From Candidatus Omnitrophota bacterium (lineage in GTDB: Bacteria; Omnitrophota; Gorgyraeia; JABMRN01; RBG-13-46-9), in assembly GCA_043817155.1 (NCBI GenBank), contig JBDRHE010000059.1, positions 97 to 64,096 on the forward strand: a stretch of 64,000 nucleotides of DNA, in the 5' to 3' direction. The stretch's first letter is position 1, and each line of letters starts with the position of its first letter. The notes below the pieces were generated by a model that ran no database searches, was not told the origin of the DNA, and saw only the letters and a program-made list of their open reading frames with translations. Positions 39,400 to 48,780 of this stretch are shown here, piece after piece. Made by a program: the position numbers and the translations under genes.

Positions 39400-40594
39400 A
39401 GATCGCTCTCTTTCTGGGAGTGCTTTCTGATATTATAGTTTGATCGCATGGGCTTATTACCATGTTCCCCCATTTCATTTTGTAGGTATCTCCGGCATAC
39501 CGAATGGCCTGGTCTCTTTCTTTGCTATTATCAAACCCCTCCAGCAAACAATTTATAAAGTTGCCCATCCTCTCTCCTCCTCTGCCATCTCGGTAAGAGT
39601 CCAATTTGTCGGCATACGAAGACCAATCACCCAGGCGCGGATGATTGTTTGAATTCTCTTTATAGCTTTTTAACGTATTCATGAGCTCGCCTAAATCGTT
39701 AAAAATGAGCCTTCCGTATCCCCATTTATAGTATTTATGACCATTGAAGTTTGCGGGATCATAATGAACCCCTCTCTGCCCGGCAATTGCTACCTCTGCG
39801 ATAGCCGAAGCAATACCTATTCCCACAGTCATATCCGTACCGAACGAAACGCCGGAAGGCAAATAACCGACCATATCCTCGATCTTTTTGCACCTTCCGG
39901 TTCCGAGTGCCCTCTCAAGCAGGGGAAGAACGGAAGACAGGCTGTCCAGGATAAGATTGTTCTTAGATTTTATTATTAACCCAATGTCATCGTCTTGAAA
40001 TAACCACTCAAAAAATGCTTTATACAGCATCTCCACCGCGCCCTTGGCGATAGGGGTATGTGAGCTACATGCGTTATCAAAGAGGCTTATTATAAAATTC
40101 GCGCCTTTGTCTCTTAAAGCCTTGGAAATTTGCAATGACGATTCTACATTCTCTTCGGAGAATATGTCGATTGGATACCCGCATATAACGAATTTTTCAA
40201 TTCTGTCATGATTTACCTTGAAATAATCGAAATAATCTTTGTTCCAAATAAACATTATATGTTTTGGATGAAAACCGATATCAAAAAGATGGATTGGCGA
40301 TAGCTCCGATCGTTGTTTTCCTACAAGGACACCATTTTTATCCATGTCAAACGCTATGGCCTGGGCTATGTTTTCCGGTGACCCCTCTTCGGTTATATAA
40401 TGAACGCTGATATTAAAATGGTCGTAAAAAGAACGCCAGTAATAAACGCGTTCCGATAGAATATCACCCATTTTTACTATCCACTTTTCTGTAGGCCTTT
40501 CTGTTTTGTCTGCTTTTAAGGTCATGGCCTTCAAAATTTTAGGTGCTTGCCAGTAATGGCAATCTGTGCCGTTTTCAATGATACCTTGCTCCAA
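39380..40594 (-). CDS. Hypothetical protein (404 aa)
   Basis: No recognised motif. Confidence 0.3.
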   Translation of the reverse strand: MEQGIIENGTDCHYWQAPKILKAMTLKADKTERPTEKWIVKMGDILSERVYYWRSFYDHFNISVHYITEEGSPENIAQAIAFDMDKNGVLVGKQRSELSPIHLFDIGFHPKHIMFIWNKDYFDYFKVNHDRIEKFVICGYPIDIFSEENVESSLQISKALRDKGANFIISLFDNACSSHTPIAKGAVEMLYKAFFEWLFQDDDIGLIIKSKNNLILDSLSSVLPLLERALGTGRCKKIEDMVGYLPSGVSFGTDMTVGIGIASAIAEVAIAGQRGVHYDPANFNGHKYYKWGYGRLIFNDLGELMNTLKSYKENSNNHPRLGDWSSYADKLDSYRDGRGGERMGNFINCLLEGFDNSKERDQAIRYAGDTYKMKWGNMVISPCDQTIISESTPRKRAIYEKNNK

Positions 40595-40647
40595 AACTAC
40601 CCATCTAAAACCTTTGTCCTCTATGTCACGTATGACTTCTTTGCGTA

Positions 40648-41334
40648 TTACGAGGACCTTTCTTCCCCTATCAGCGTCATCGGCCGTATAACCCCTTTGG
40701 TAACATACGGAGTATTGTAACGCTTATCGAAATAAATCAGAACTTTTTCGGGTTTTATACCACTTTTTGCGTACCAGCACAGGTCGTTCCGTCTTGACGC
40801 GTCTAGACCCTCGGCGTAATGACAAGCAATAGCGTTCCGCGGTCTATCCTCCGCGGGCAGACAGTAATTCTTCTTGGTATCAAACAACCTGCGCTTAATA
40901 AGAACGACAAATTTCCTTAAGTGGTCACGGACTTTTTTTTTCAATAAATGGGCATGAGCTACATAATAAACCGCCCGGTTGTGCATAACTAATGGCACAT
41001 CTTCGAAAGACCAGCAGTTTTCTAACTCCGGCAATATACCTTCTCTCGGTATTGATACTGACTGCTCCCTCAAAGGTATATGCTTACCGGCGCGCCTATA
41101 CCATTGTATAACACATGCCTGGCGCACAAACGGAAATATCTCCTTTTTTATGGAGTATTGAAAATACAGCATGACCCTTTGGCTGGGCATCTTTTCAGCC
41201 ACTTCTTTATACGCATGCGAAGATGTAATGATATCCGATATGCGCAGTACATAGTCGAATGTTATGCGCTCGACTTCGTATCGAAGCGCAACACCTTCTT
41301 TGCATTTCATTTCTCCAAGATCATACTTTAACAT
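40648..41334 (-). CDS. Hypothetical protein (228 aa)
   Basis: No recognised motif. Confidence 0.3.
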   Translation of the reverse strand: MLKYDLGEMKCKEGVALRYEVERITFDYVLRISDIITSSHAYKEVAEKMPSQRVMLYFQYSIKKEIFPFVRQACVIQWYRRAGKHIPLREQSVSIPREGILPELENCWSFEDVPLVMHNRAVYYVAHAHLLKKKVRDHLRKFVVLIKRRLFDTKKNYCLPAEDRPRNAIACHYAEGLDASRRNDLCWYAKSGIKPEKVLIYFDKRYNTPYVTKGVIRPMTLIGEERSS

Positions 41335-42349
41335 TCAAGCTTTCCTTTTTTATTCCGGTCAGAGACGGGTAGGCTTCGACCCCTTCACCCGTTTTTTGCC
41401 AGTGATCATATCGCTCCTTTAACAACCCGTTCTCGAGGAGGATCTCATCCAGCCTTTCCCGGAAGGACCTTCTTATCTTAATCCCCGATAACTCATATCC
41501 AAAATGTTGCATAACTTTGTTGTTAACCAATTCGGCAAAGAATATTTCAAAAGGGTCTGCGCTCTTCTTCCATCTTCCGGCAGGGGCGCTGGATACAGTG
41601 TTCATTTTTTTATTAAAAGACGAGTCGCCGGTCCACCGGCGCCCCTGTCTATCCTTAAACTGCTTTACATCCAGCATAGCAGGCTCAAACTTTATCCTTA
41701 AAAATTTACAGAGTCTTTTTGCCTCGGTAAGTGGATTGTCGACAAAATTCTCATATTTCAGGATGTAATAGTTGTCTGGGTCAAGTGTCTCTCTGTACTC
41801 AACAGCCTTTTGGAATGAATGCTGTGAACAAAATACTGAATCAAGATAAGAATATCCTGGTTCGTACGTCATTTCTCTATAGCTACACAACACATCTCGC
41901 GGGTCCCTGAGAACATGAATCACTTTTCCCGAAGGAAACATCTGTAAAAAATTCGGGATCTGCCCCCAGCAAACATTCGTTTTTTCTCCCCATCCGGTTA
42001 CTATCTTCGCACAATCAGATGCCAGGGCTTTCATCACAATATCATAGATGTGCTTGTATTCGATTTTTTTGAGCTTCCGTATTTCGCTTATGGCTTTATC
42101 GAGATTAAATTCCATTTTCCATCTTTTTAATATGCGATCGTGGATTTCTTGTACAAGTCTCATAGCTTGATCGGCATCCCTTATCGGCTCGTATTTGCCG
42201 TAAGAAAACCTCATAAAATGGACGGAATCATATGTGACCCAAAGCTTAGAATGATTGTTAAGCATGCGACTGACAAGGGTTGTGCCGGAACGATATATGC
42301 CGGTAATAAATATTCTTGTTTCAAAACCAGAGATCATCTGTCGCCTCAT
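41321..42349 (-). CDS. Sulfotransferase (PAPS-dependent)
   Basis: 5'-PSB-like IFITGIYRSGTTLVSRML and 3'-PB-like VIHVLRDPRDVLCSY motifs. Confidence 0.75.
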   Translation of the reverse strand: MRRQMISGFETRIFITGIYRSGTTLVSRMLNNHSKLWVTYDSVHFMRFSYGKYEPIRDADQAMRLVQEIHDRILKRWKMEFNLDKAISEIRKLKKIEYKHIYDIVMKALASDCAKIVTGWGEKTNVCWGQIPNFLQMFPSGKVIHVLRDPRDVLCSYREMTYEPGYSYLDSVFCSQHSFQKAVEYRETLDPDNYYILKYENFVDNPLTEAKRLCKFLRIKFEPAMLDVKQFKDRQGRRWTGDSSFNKKMNTVSSAPAGRWKKSADPFEIFFAELVNNKVMQHFGYELSGIKIRRSFRERLDEILLENGLLKERYDHWQKTGEGVEAYPSLTGIKKESLNVKV

Positions 42350-43686
42350 TTTTTCGGTTTCACAATTTTAACGAATAGACTACCGTACCTGTCATTTGCA
42401 GCCACACCGATTGTGTCAATATCATCGGCATGTATCGAGTCATAATCAAAGGTGTATGACCATTTATCCAAAGAAGTGTCAAAATCAAAATTGTCGTGAA
42501 TAAAGCGACCCGTCTTCGTTTTTACAGAGAGGAAAGGTTGTGGGCCAAAAACTTTTCCCTCTACCGTTTCTACTTCCAGAAATGCCCTTTCGGCACTATC
42601 TTTAAAAGATACTTTAAGCTCAAGGGGTTCAAAGCTATTTCCGTCGCAATAAATCGCGGATCTAAACGCATCTACTGCTTCGCAAAATTTGAATTTGACA
42701 TCGGGATATCTTTTGCTTACATGACTGATTATATCTCTTGCAAAATCAACTTCATACGCCATATTGCGAAAATCATGGTTGGCGATACCCATGATCGTCG
42801 GTTTTCCGTCGCGGGCTCTTAAGAAGGCTTTTTCGACTTCATCAGGCGTAAGCTCCCTGCCCCTGGTTTTTATATCGAGGCATCTGCATATCCACCGCCT
42901 GCAGTTACCGGGAATTTGATAATTATCGTGGTTTGGTTGGTAAATAGACCAGTCATCCGGCGCCAACCTCCAGTCGCCGGACCGGCCGCCGGCTATGTCA
43001 ATTTGGTTCTCATGAACATCGTTCTCTTCCCGATATGCCCAGTTACTTGCGTCAAAGGGTACCCACTGTTCCAGGAATAGATGGCTGTCCGGCCGCTCTG
43101 TTTGAAAGCCTGCTCGAAACGCAACCGGAAACCAATTTCGTTCAATAATTCTTCTGCAAAGAATTTCATAAAGATACGGCGAATTCACATAACTTGTAGC
43201 GCAGCGATGAGCCTCTTTATACACGGACATTGGGTGAAAATGCCAATGTATTCCGTCTTGACTCGATCCGGTTCTTTCTTTCATCTGTTTGTAGTGGTCG
43301 AATATTTTATGGAAGCCCATATCGCGCCGCCTCGGATTGTGCGCGTAATTAACGTGGTCCACACAATACCAATTATATACCCATCCGTTCCCGAATGAAT
43401 CGAGCGCCTTATTTCTGAACTCCGGACTCATGACTTTTATAAGCATTGAGTCGATCTTCCCCCACGTATCGTTATAACATAAATTTCGGCTGCTAAAAAT
43501 GCTTGCGATAACGTCCGTATTTTTTCCGAAATCGATACATTTATCCTGAATGCGTTTTAAGTTTTCCCTTGTTGGCTCCAACGTTATGCCGAACATTTCA
43601 TGCAATCGTTGAAATGTTGCCTCTAAAGACTCATATAAAGGGCCTTCCGCATCTACACAGTGAATGATATAAACGATCTTTTCCAT
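42346..43686 (-). CDS. Hypothetical protein (446 aa), possible carbohydrate-active enzyme
   Basis: No confident motif; His/Asp-rich segments (DHVNYAHNP, WHFHP). Confidence 0.3.
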   Translation of the reverse strand: MEKIVYIIHCVDAEGPLYESLEATFQRLHEMFGITLEPTRENLKRIQDKCIDFGKNTDVIASIFSSRNLCYNDTWGKIDSMLIKVMSPEFRNKALDSFGNGWVYNWYCVDHVNYAHNPRRRDMGFHKIFDHYKQMKERTGSSQDGIHWHFHPMSVYKEAHRCATSYVNSPYLYEILCRRIIERNWFPVAFRAGFQTERPDSHLFLEQWVPFDASNWAYREENDVHENQIDIAGGRSGDWRLAPDDWSIYQPNHDNYQIPGNCRRWICRCLDIKTRGRELTPDEVEKAFLRARDGKPTIMGIANHDFRNMAYEVDFARDIISHVSKRYPDVKFKFCEAVDAFRSAIYCDGNSFEPLELKVSFKDSAERAFLEVETVEGKVFGPQPFLSVKTKTGRFIHDNFDFDTSLDKWSYTFDYDSIHADDIDTIGVAANDRYGSLFVKIVKPKK

Positions 43687-43802
43687 AGCTACTTAAGAGA
43701 TCTTGTGTTAATAAACGTGTCGAATGTTCGCTTGTGACATCCTCCTCACAAAATCAGCTTCTCTCTTTCTTTGCTGTATTTTCGGCTCTTCAAACGTTAC
43801 TT

Positions 43803-45032
43803 TTACCGTGCCATATCTTCATAAACTGTTCTTCTCAATTTCCATTTGCCGTCTTTGTTTTCCCATAAATGGGGCGATCGAAATTTTTCACAAAGTTCCA
43901 AAAATTCCTCTTTCTCCATGCCGATATACTCCATTACTTCGTCAAAATACTTTATAGGAAATTCTCCGTCGAACCTCCGGACAAGGGCCTTTCCTTCCTC
44001 CCTTGTAAGGTGCTTGTTGCGGATCTCCTGGGAAGCATCATAGGTAGCCCGGCCGATACCGAACTTTATATAGGTTGCGTAATACTGCAATCCGTCTATG
44101 CGATCGTCCAGACTGTTATATTTACTGTAAGTCCCTTCTGTCCTTTCCGGGTTTGCCGCGAAACCGGTATGCTCAACGGCGTAATAATAGGACTCCTGGG
44201 GCGTCCATTTTAAGTAATAACCGAGATAGTTCACCTTGATTTCGGATCGTTCCAACTGCTTATAGTCAGCCGGCAGATAGGTCTGTATATCATTCGCTGT
44301 TAAGCCGTGCTTTTCCATTAACTCTTTAACGCTTGCGCCGGCAATGTAGATTTCATCTAAATGCCGCATTGTATAATACGATTTGCCCCTGAGAGACGTA
44401 TTGGTATCGGCAATGGGATTGCCGTATTCGGCTTCATTTTCGCCGTAAAAAACAAGCAGAATGCCGAGCCTGGTCGCGAGTTTCGGCGCCAGATTTTTTT
44501 GGCCCAGAATAAACGGTTGAAAAGGGTGTAACAGATTTCTGATAGCTAACCTGGTTAACAGAGCGTGAACCCTGCCGTTGTAATTAAAGGATATATTGTC
44601 AAAGCCGCCTACGTCGATCCAGTTTCTAAAATTCTTCCATCCGATCTCTGTGTAAATGATAGGCGGCCAGGTTACTGTAAGCGGGTGCATGCCATATTTA
44701 TATTTTAGAATATGCGCCGCGTATGCGCTGTCTTTTCCTCCGCTTCCGGGCACGATACAATCATAATTACCGTCTTTCCTTCTATATTTTTCGAGAAGTC
44801 TTAAAAGCTCTTCTTCGCGGGTTTTCCAATCAATCTCTTTCTTGCGTTCGGCAAAGCGACACGCGTCGCATACGCCTTCTTTATCAATAAAAAGTGTCGG
44901 CTTCTTCTGAGTTACCGTGTGCTTAAATTCAGGCACTGACGAGGGCCTTTGGTTCGACATAACACAGCGCTTACAAAACTTTACAACTTTCGGTAAGCCG
45001 TATTTTGCCTCGAGTTTTTGCGTTTCTGCCAT
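43803..45032 (-). CDS. N-acetyl sugar amidotransferase (WbuX/PseA/AglX-like, PP-loop ATPase)
   Basis: N-terminal Zn-ribbon CKRCVMSNQRP...CDAC; PP-loop CIVPGSGGKDS. Confidence 0.8.
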   Translation of the reverse strand: MAETQKLEAKYGLPKVVKFCKRCVMSNQRPSSVPEFKHTVTQKKPTLFIDKEGVCDACRFAERKKEIDWKTREEELLRLLEKYRRKDGNYDCIVPGSGGKDSAYAAHILKYKYGMHPLTVTWPPIIYTEIGWKNFRNWIDVGGFDNISFNYNGRVHALLTRLAIRNLLHPFQPFILGQKNLAPKLATRLGILLVFYGENEAEYGNPIADTNTSLRGKSYYTMRHLDEIYIAGASVKELMEKHGLTANDIQTYLPADYKQLERSEIKVNYLGYYLKWTPQESYYYAVEHTGFAANPERTEGTYSKYNSLDDRIDGLQYYATYIKFGIGRATYDASQEIRNKHLTREEGKALVRRFDGEFPIKYFDEVMEYIGMEKEEFLELCEKFRSPHLWENKDGKWKLRRTVYEDMAR

Positions 45033-45034
45033 CT

Positions 45035-45718
45035 CTATCTATTCTCCTTTTTTCTGATCAATTCAGCCCAATTTTGGTATATCTTAAGGCCCTGCCCGGC
45101 GCTTCTTTCCGGATGAAACTGACAGGCAAAAATATTATCACGCTCAAGACTTGAGCAATACCTGATGCCCTCATAGGATGTGTATGATAACACGCTATCA
45201 TGCGTATCCGGCGCCACAAAGTAGGAGTGCACAAAATACATGAATTCCCCATCCCGGATGCCCCTTAACAGCGAGTCCTCCCAATAATCACCCTTTTTAT
45301 CATCGGGCCTCTTTAACTTATTCCATCCCACCTGCGGCACCTTCATGCCTTTATTGGAATCCCTTCCGGAAGAAAAGTTGACAACGGAACCTTTTATTAT
45401 ATTCAGGCCCTCGTGAACACCGAACTCTTCACTTTTCGTAAGCAAAAGTTGCATCCCTAAACATATACCCATAAAAGGTCTCCCCGTACCGATAAAGTCT
45501 TTGATCGGGCCTGCCAGATCCAATTTTTTAATATTACGCATGGCAATTCCAAACGCTCCCACGCCCGGCAATATTGCCGAGTCGCTGTTTACTATACCGG
45601 CGCTATCTGAAGTAATAAAGGCGCTTAGCCCCGCGTGTTCACAGGCCCGCTTTATGCTGAACAGATTGCCCATACCGAAATCTATTATAGCAACGTTTGA
45701 CTTAGAATTTACCGGCAT
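45035..45718 (-). CDS. HisH-like class I glutamine amidotransferase (WbuY/AglY-like)
   Basis: VAIIDFGMGNLFS; GVGAFG; catalytic ICLGMQLL; FHPE. Confidence 0.85.
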   Translation of the reverse strand: MPVNSKSNVAIIDFGMGNLFSIKRACEHAGLSAFITSDSAGIVNSDSAILPGVGAFGIAMRNIKKLDLAGPIKDFIGTGRPFMGICLGMQLLLTKSEEFGVHEGLNIIKGSVVNFSSGRDSNKGMKVPQVGWNKLKRPDDKKGDYWEDSLLRGIRDGEFMYFVHSYFVAPDTHDSVLSYTSYEGIRYCSSLERDNIFACQFHPERSAGQGLKIYQNWAELIRKKENR

Positions 45719-46589
45719 AAACGTCTTTCCCCTTTAGCGCTTCCCTGCATGGTATCCCGTGTTCGGACAGGAAGAACTTTATCTCGCTTAAGTTTGTCGG
45801 TCTAATTTTAGAAAAGATACGTCCGCTCTTTGCATACTCGAGATTTCCTTCGAGAGTATAATCGCCTTCATTAATTTTTCTGCGTTTGATGAAATCGTAA
45901 TGCAGAATTGAGGCAAAGCTTACTGCGTCAGCCTTCCCGTCAATAATTACATCTTTAATGTGGCCGGTTTGGCCTGCGCCCCCACAGGCTATGACCGGGA
46001 TAGACACTGTCTCCGAGATTTTACGCGTTAACTCCAGGTCGTAACCGATCCCCGTTCCTTCGCGATCAACAGAGGTCAGCATGATCTCACCGGCGCCAAG
46101 TTCGGTAACCCGCAAGGCCCACTGGCATACATCCATTCCGGTATGCTCTCTGCCGTTGTCGGTAAAGGCCTGGTAGCTGCCATCCGGTTGCTTGATAGCC
46201 TCTATAGAAATAACGATGGTTGATGATCCGAATTCCCTTGAGGCTTCACGAATGATGTCCGGGTTATTGATAGCCGCGGTATTAAGACTTACCTTATCCG
46301 CGCCGGCACGCAAGACCTCTTTTATGTCCCGAAGAGTCCTTATCCCCCCGCCGACCGTCAGGGGTATAAAAATGTCCCTGGCTGTCTTCTCGATTATCCG
46401 ATTCAAACTGTTGCGCCCGTATAAGCTGGCGACAACATCCATATAGATAAGTTCGTCCGCTCCGGTTTCGTAATAATACTGCGCGAACTCTTCGGGTTTG
46501 CCCAGAACCCTCAGGCCTTCCAGGTGAATGCCCTTGACTAAATTGGGCCCTTTAATATCCAGACGCGGTATAATTCTTATGTATTTCAA
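45702..46589 (-). CDS. HisF-like cyclase subunit (WbuZ/AglZ-like)
   Basis: RIIPRLDIKG...DELIYMD...TVGGGIRTLRDIKEVLRAGADKVSLNTAA is the HisF (beta/alpha)8 signature. Confidence 0.85.
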   Translation of the reverse strand: MKYIRIIPRLDIKGPNLVKGIHLEGLRVLGKPEEFAQYYYETGADELIYMDVVASLYGRNSLNRIIEKTARDIFIPLTVGGGIRTLRDIKEVLRAGADKVSLNTAAINNPDIIREASREFGSSTIVISIEAIKQPDGSYQAFTDNGREHTGMDVCQWALRVTELGAGEIMLTSVDREGTGIGYDLELTRKISETVSIPVIACGGAGQTGHIKDVIIDGKADAVSFASILHYDFIKRRKINEGDYTLEGNLEYAKSGRIFSKIRPTNLSEIKFFLSEHGIPCREALKGKDVYAGKF

Positions 46590-47308
46590 AACCCGCTTTC
46601 CTTATTTAAACGTGAATCTATAACTGCTTTGGCTAACGTAAGATCTTTCCTGGTATCGATATCTACAACCGTTTCGTTTACAATCATCGCTTTAATCCTG
46701 TCGCCGTAAATCGAGTAAAGAAACCCCGCCTTATATGGAATTTCTTTTGTAAATTTTTTATAAAATTTCTGCGCTTCAAACACGAGTGTATGGCCGTCAT
46801 GAATCATAAGCTTAGGCAATGCCTGCCTTCTGTAATGCGCTTCCCTCTTCATGGGTAGTTCGCGGTCAGTAAATTCAAACATCCATTCCGGATGATACTT
46901 CTCGATTCTTTGCATACTGATGACGGCGTCATAACTCCGATTTTTTCTTAAAAAAACAATGGCATCATAAAATAATTGTGGATACCGCGTCGGAATATTT
47001 CCGTATACGAGACTGCAATATCGGTACCCGGCCCCCTCTCTCTCGATAGCATCTGCCAGTACGTCATCGATCCTGCTTGCGTCACCGCACAACTTGCTTG
47101 GCCTGCTGATGTATGGAATTTTCTTCCTTTTGCAATAACTTATTACCCGCTCAATATTTGTCGATACGACCGTTTTTACCTCCTTCCCCAGCGACAAAGA
47201 GTAATCGATAGCGTATTCGGCCGCCATTCTGCCCCTTATTCCTCTGGTGCACTTGTCTCTTAATCCCTTGCTGCCTTTTCTTGCGCACACAACTGACAAT
47301 GTTTTCAT
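46586..47308 (-). CDS. Acylneuraminate cytidylyltransferase family
   Basis: LSVVCARKGSKGLRDKCTRGIRGRMAAEYAI P-loop-like region; weaker than the other paralogs. Confidence 0.55.
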   Translation of the reverse strand: MKTLSVVCARKGSKGLRDKCTRGIRGRMAAEYAIDYSLSLGKEVKTVVSTNIERVISYCKRKKIPYISRPSKLCGDASRIDDVLADAIEREGAGYRYCSLVYGNIPTRYPQLFYDAIVFLRKNRSYDAVISMQRIEKYHPEWMFEFTDRELPMKREAHYRRQALPKLMIHDGHTLVFEAQKFYKKFTKEIPYKAGFLYSIYGDRIKAMIVNETVVDIDTRKDLTLAKAVIDSRLNKESGF

Positions 47309-47319
47309 AATAAATTCCC

Positions 47320-48780
47320 CTAAAAGATATCGATTCCGCCATGCTCGGCACGGTGCTTTAATAATGCTTCGTCCTTAAAATAATCATCAGCCATGTCTCC
47401 GAAAAGATTCGTCAACTTGGCCATGTAACTTTCCTCGGTCTCCGGTTTGATTCGCGAGCGTACCTCGGATATCATCTCTTCTCTTTTGGAAATAAGTTCG
47501 GTATCTGTAAACACATTGGTTAAATTAATAAGAAAATCTCTGGCGTCCCCCATGGACATCACAAAATCATGTATTCGGTCCTTTTTGATTCGGCCTGTTC
47601 TGAGAGCGTACTCAAAAAGTTGCGTTCCCGGGTACGGCACGGCAAACATAATGGATTTTAGTGGTATATTATTTCTTACGCAAAACTCTACGGTTTTGCG
47701 GCATGATTCAACGTCCTCTTCCGGCATCCCTATCATAAAGCTTATAGGTAACATCATCTTATATCGCCTGTTTAACACGACCGCGTTCTCCATCTGGGCT
47801 ATCGTCACGTTCTTCCCCATAGACGCGAGCATCCCTTGAGAGCCGGATTCAAATCCATAAGATATGGACACACATCCGGCGCTCTTCATCCTTCGCACAA
47901 TATCATCGTCAACAAGGTTAACGCGCCCGGTACAGGACCACAAAAGTCCCGGAACGTTTCTCTCGATCTTCTCACAGAACTCATATATGCGTTTCTTTCC
48001 CATCAAAAACTCGTCATCCTGAAAAGAGATAAAGTCCACTTTATATTGTTTCCTTAAATACACAAGCGCCTCGACTATAAAATCAGCCGAATGCGCCCTG
48101 AAATTTCTACCCCAGGGTTGATAACAAAATACGCAGTCGTATGGGCATCCCCGGCTTGAGATAAAATCTATATCCCTTCCAAGACCTACCACGGGATTGG
48201 AAAGGTAAATTTCCATCGGAAGTAAATCGTAAGCCGGCAGATCGCTTTCGATATCGAGGTCCTGCAGTAGCTCCTGTTTCCCGGAACATATTATTTCGCC
48301 GTCAATTTTAAAGTAAAACCCCTTTACATTCGTCAATTCGCTAAAGGCGCCTCCTCCGGCCAGTCCTTCGATAAGGTCAACCATAGCCTTTTCACCTTCA
48401 CCCGCGCAAACAATATCTACATTCGAATGACGCAGCAAGACCTCGGGTACCGACATTGCCACGCTGCCACCCGCGATCACTATTGCCTCCCGATTTATTG
48501 CTTTTATAATGCCGGCATACTCGACAATAACCCTGTAAACCGGTATTAGACCTCCCATAAGGACTATATCAAAAGGCATCGAATTCAAAATTGACTTTAG
48601 CTCCGTTTTTGTATAGCGATGCGCGTTAGCGTCTATAAACGTTGGAGTTATACCCGTCTTCTTTCGAATAACATTCGCCAGAATAGCCAGGCCATGAGGT
48701 ATGTGCCTCGGTTTATCGTTTAAACGTATCGGAGGATTAATAATTATTATTCTGGGTAATTTTTTATTCAGTTTTGTCAT
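47320..48780 (-). CDS. Cobalamin-binding radical SAM enzyme
   Basis: B12-like N-terminus (IVLMGGLIPVYR...VIAGGSVAMSVPE); SSRGCPYDCVFCYQPW. Confidence 0.8.
   Translation of the reverse strand: MTKLNKKLPRIIIINPPIRLNDKPRHIPHGLAILANVIRKKTGITPTFIDANAHRYTKTELKSILNSMPFDIVLMGGLIPVYRVIVEYAGIIKAINREAIVIAGGSVAMSVPEVLLRHSNVDIVCAGEGEKAMVDLIEGLAGGGAFSELTNVKGFYFKIDGEIICSGKQELLQDLDIESDLPAYDLLPMEIYLSNPVVGLGRDIDFISSRGCPYDCVFCYQPWGRNFRAHSADFIVEALVYLRKQYKVDFISFQDDEFLMGKKRIYEFCEKIERNVPGLLWSCTGRVNLVDDDIVRRMKSAGCVSISYGFESGSQGMLASMGKNVTIAQMENAVVLNRRYKMMLPISFMIGMPEEDVESCRKTVEFCVRNNIPLKSIMFAVPYPGTQLFEYALRTGRIKKDRIHDFVMSMGDARDFLINLTNVFTDTELISKREEMISEVRSRIKPETEESYMAKLTNLFGDMADDYFKDEALLKHRAEHGGIDIF

Noticed and set aside
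43687-43802. Possible 10-codon leader peptide (MSQANIRHVY) after a GAGGAGG motif on the minus strand in the 116-bp spacer
   Set aside because: The SD-to-ATG spacing is essentially zero and there is no supporting conservation. It is more likely a chance ORF within a promoter/UTR region.
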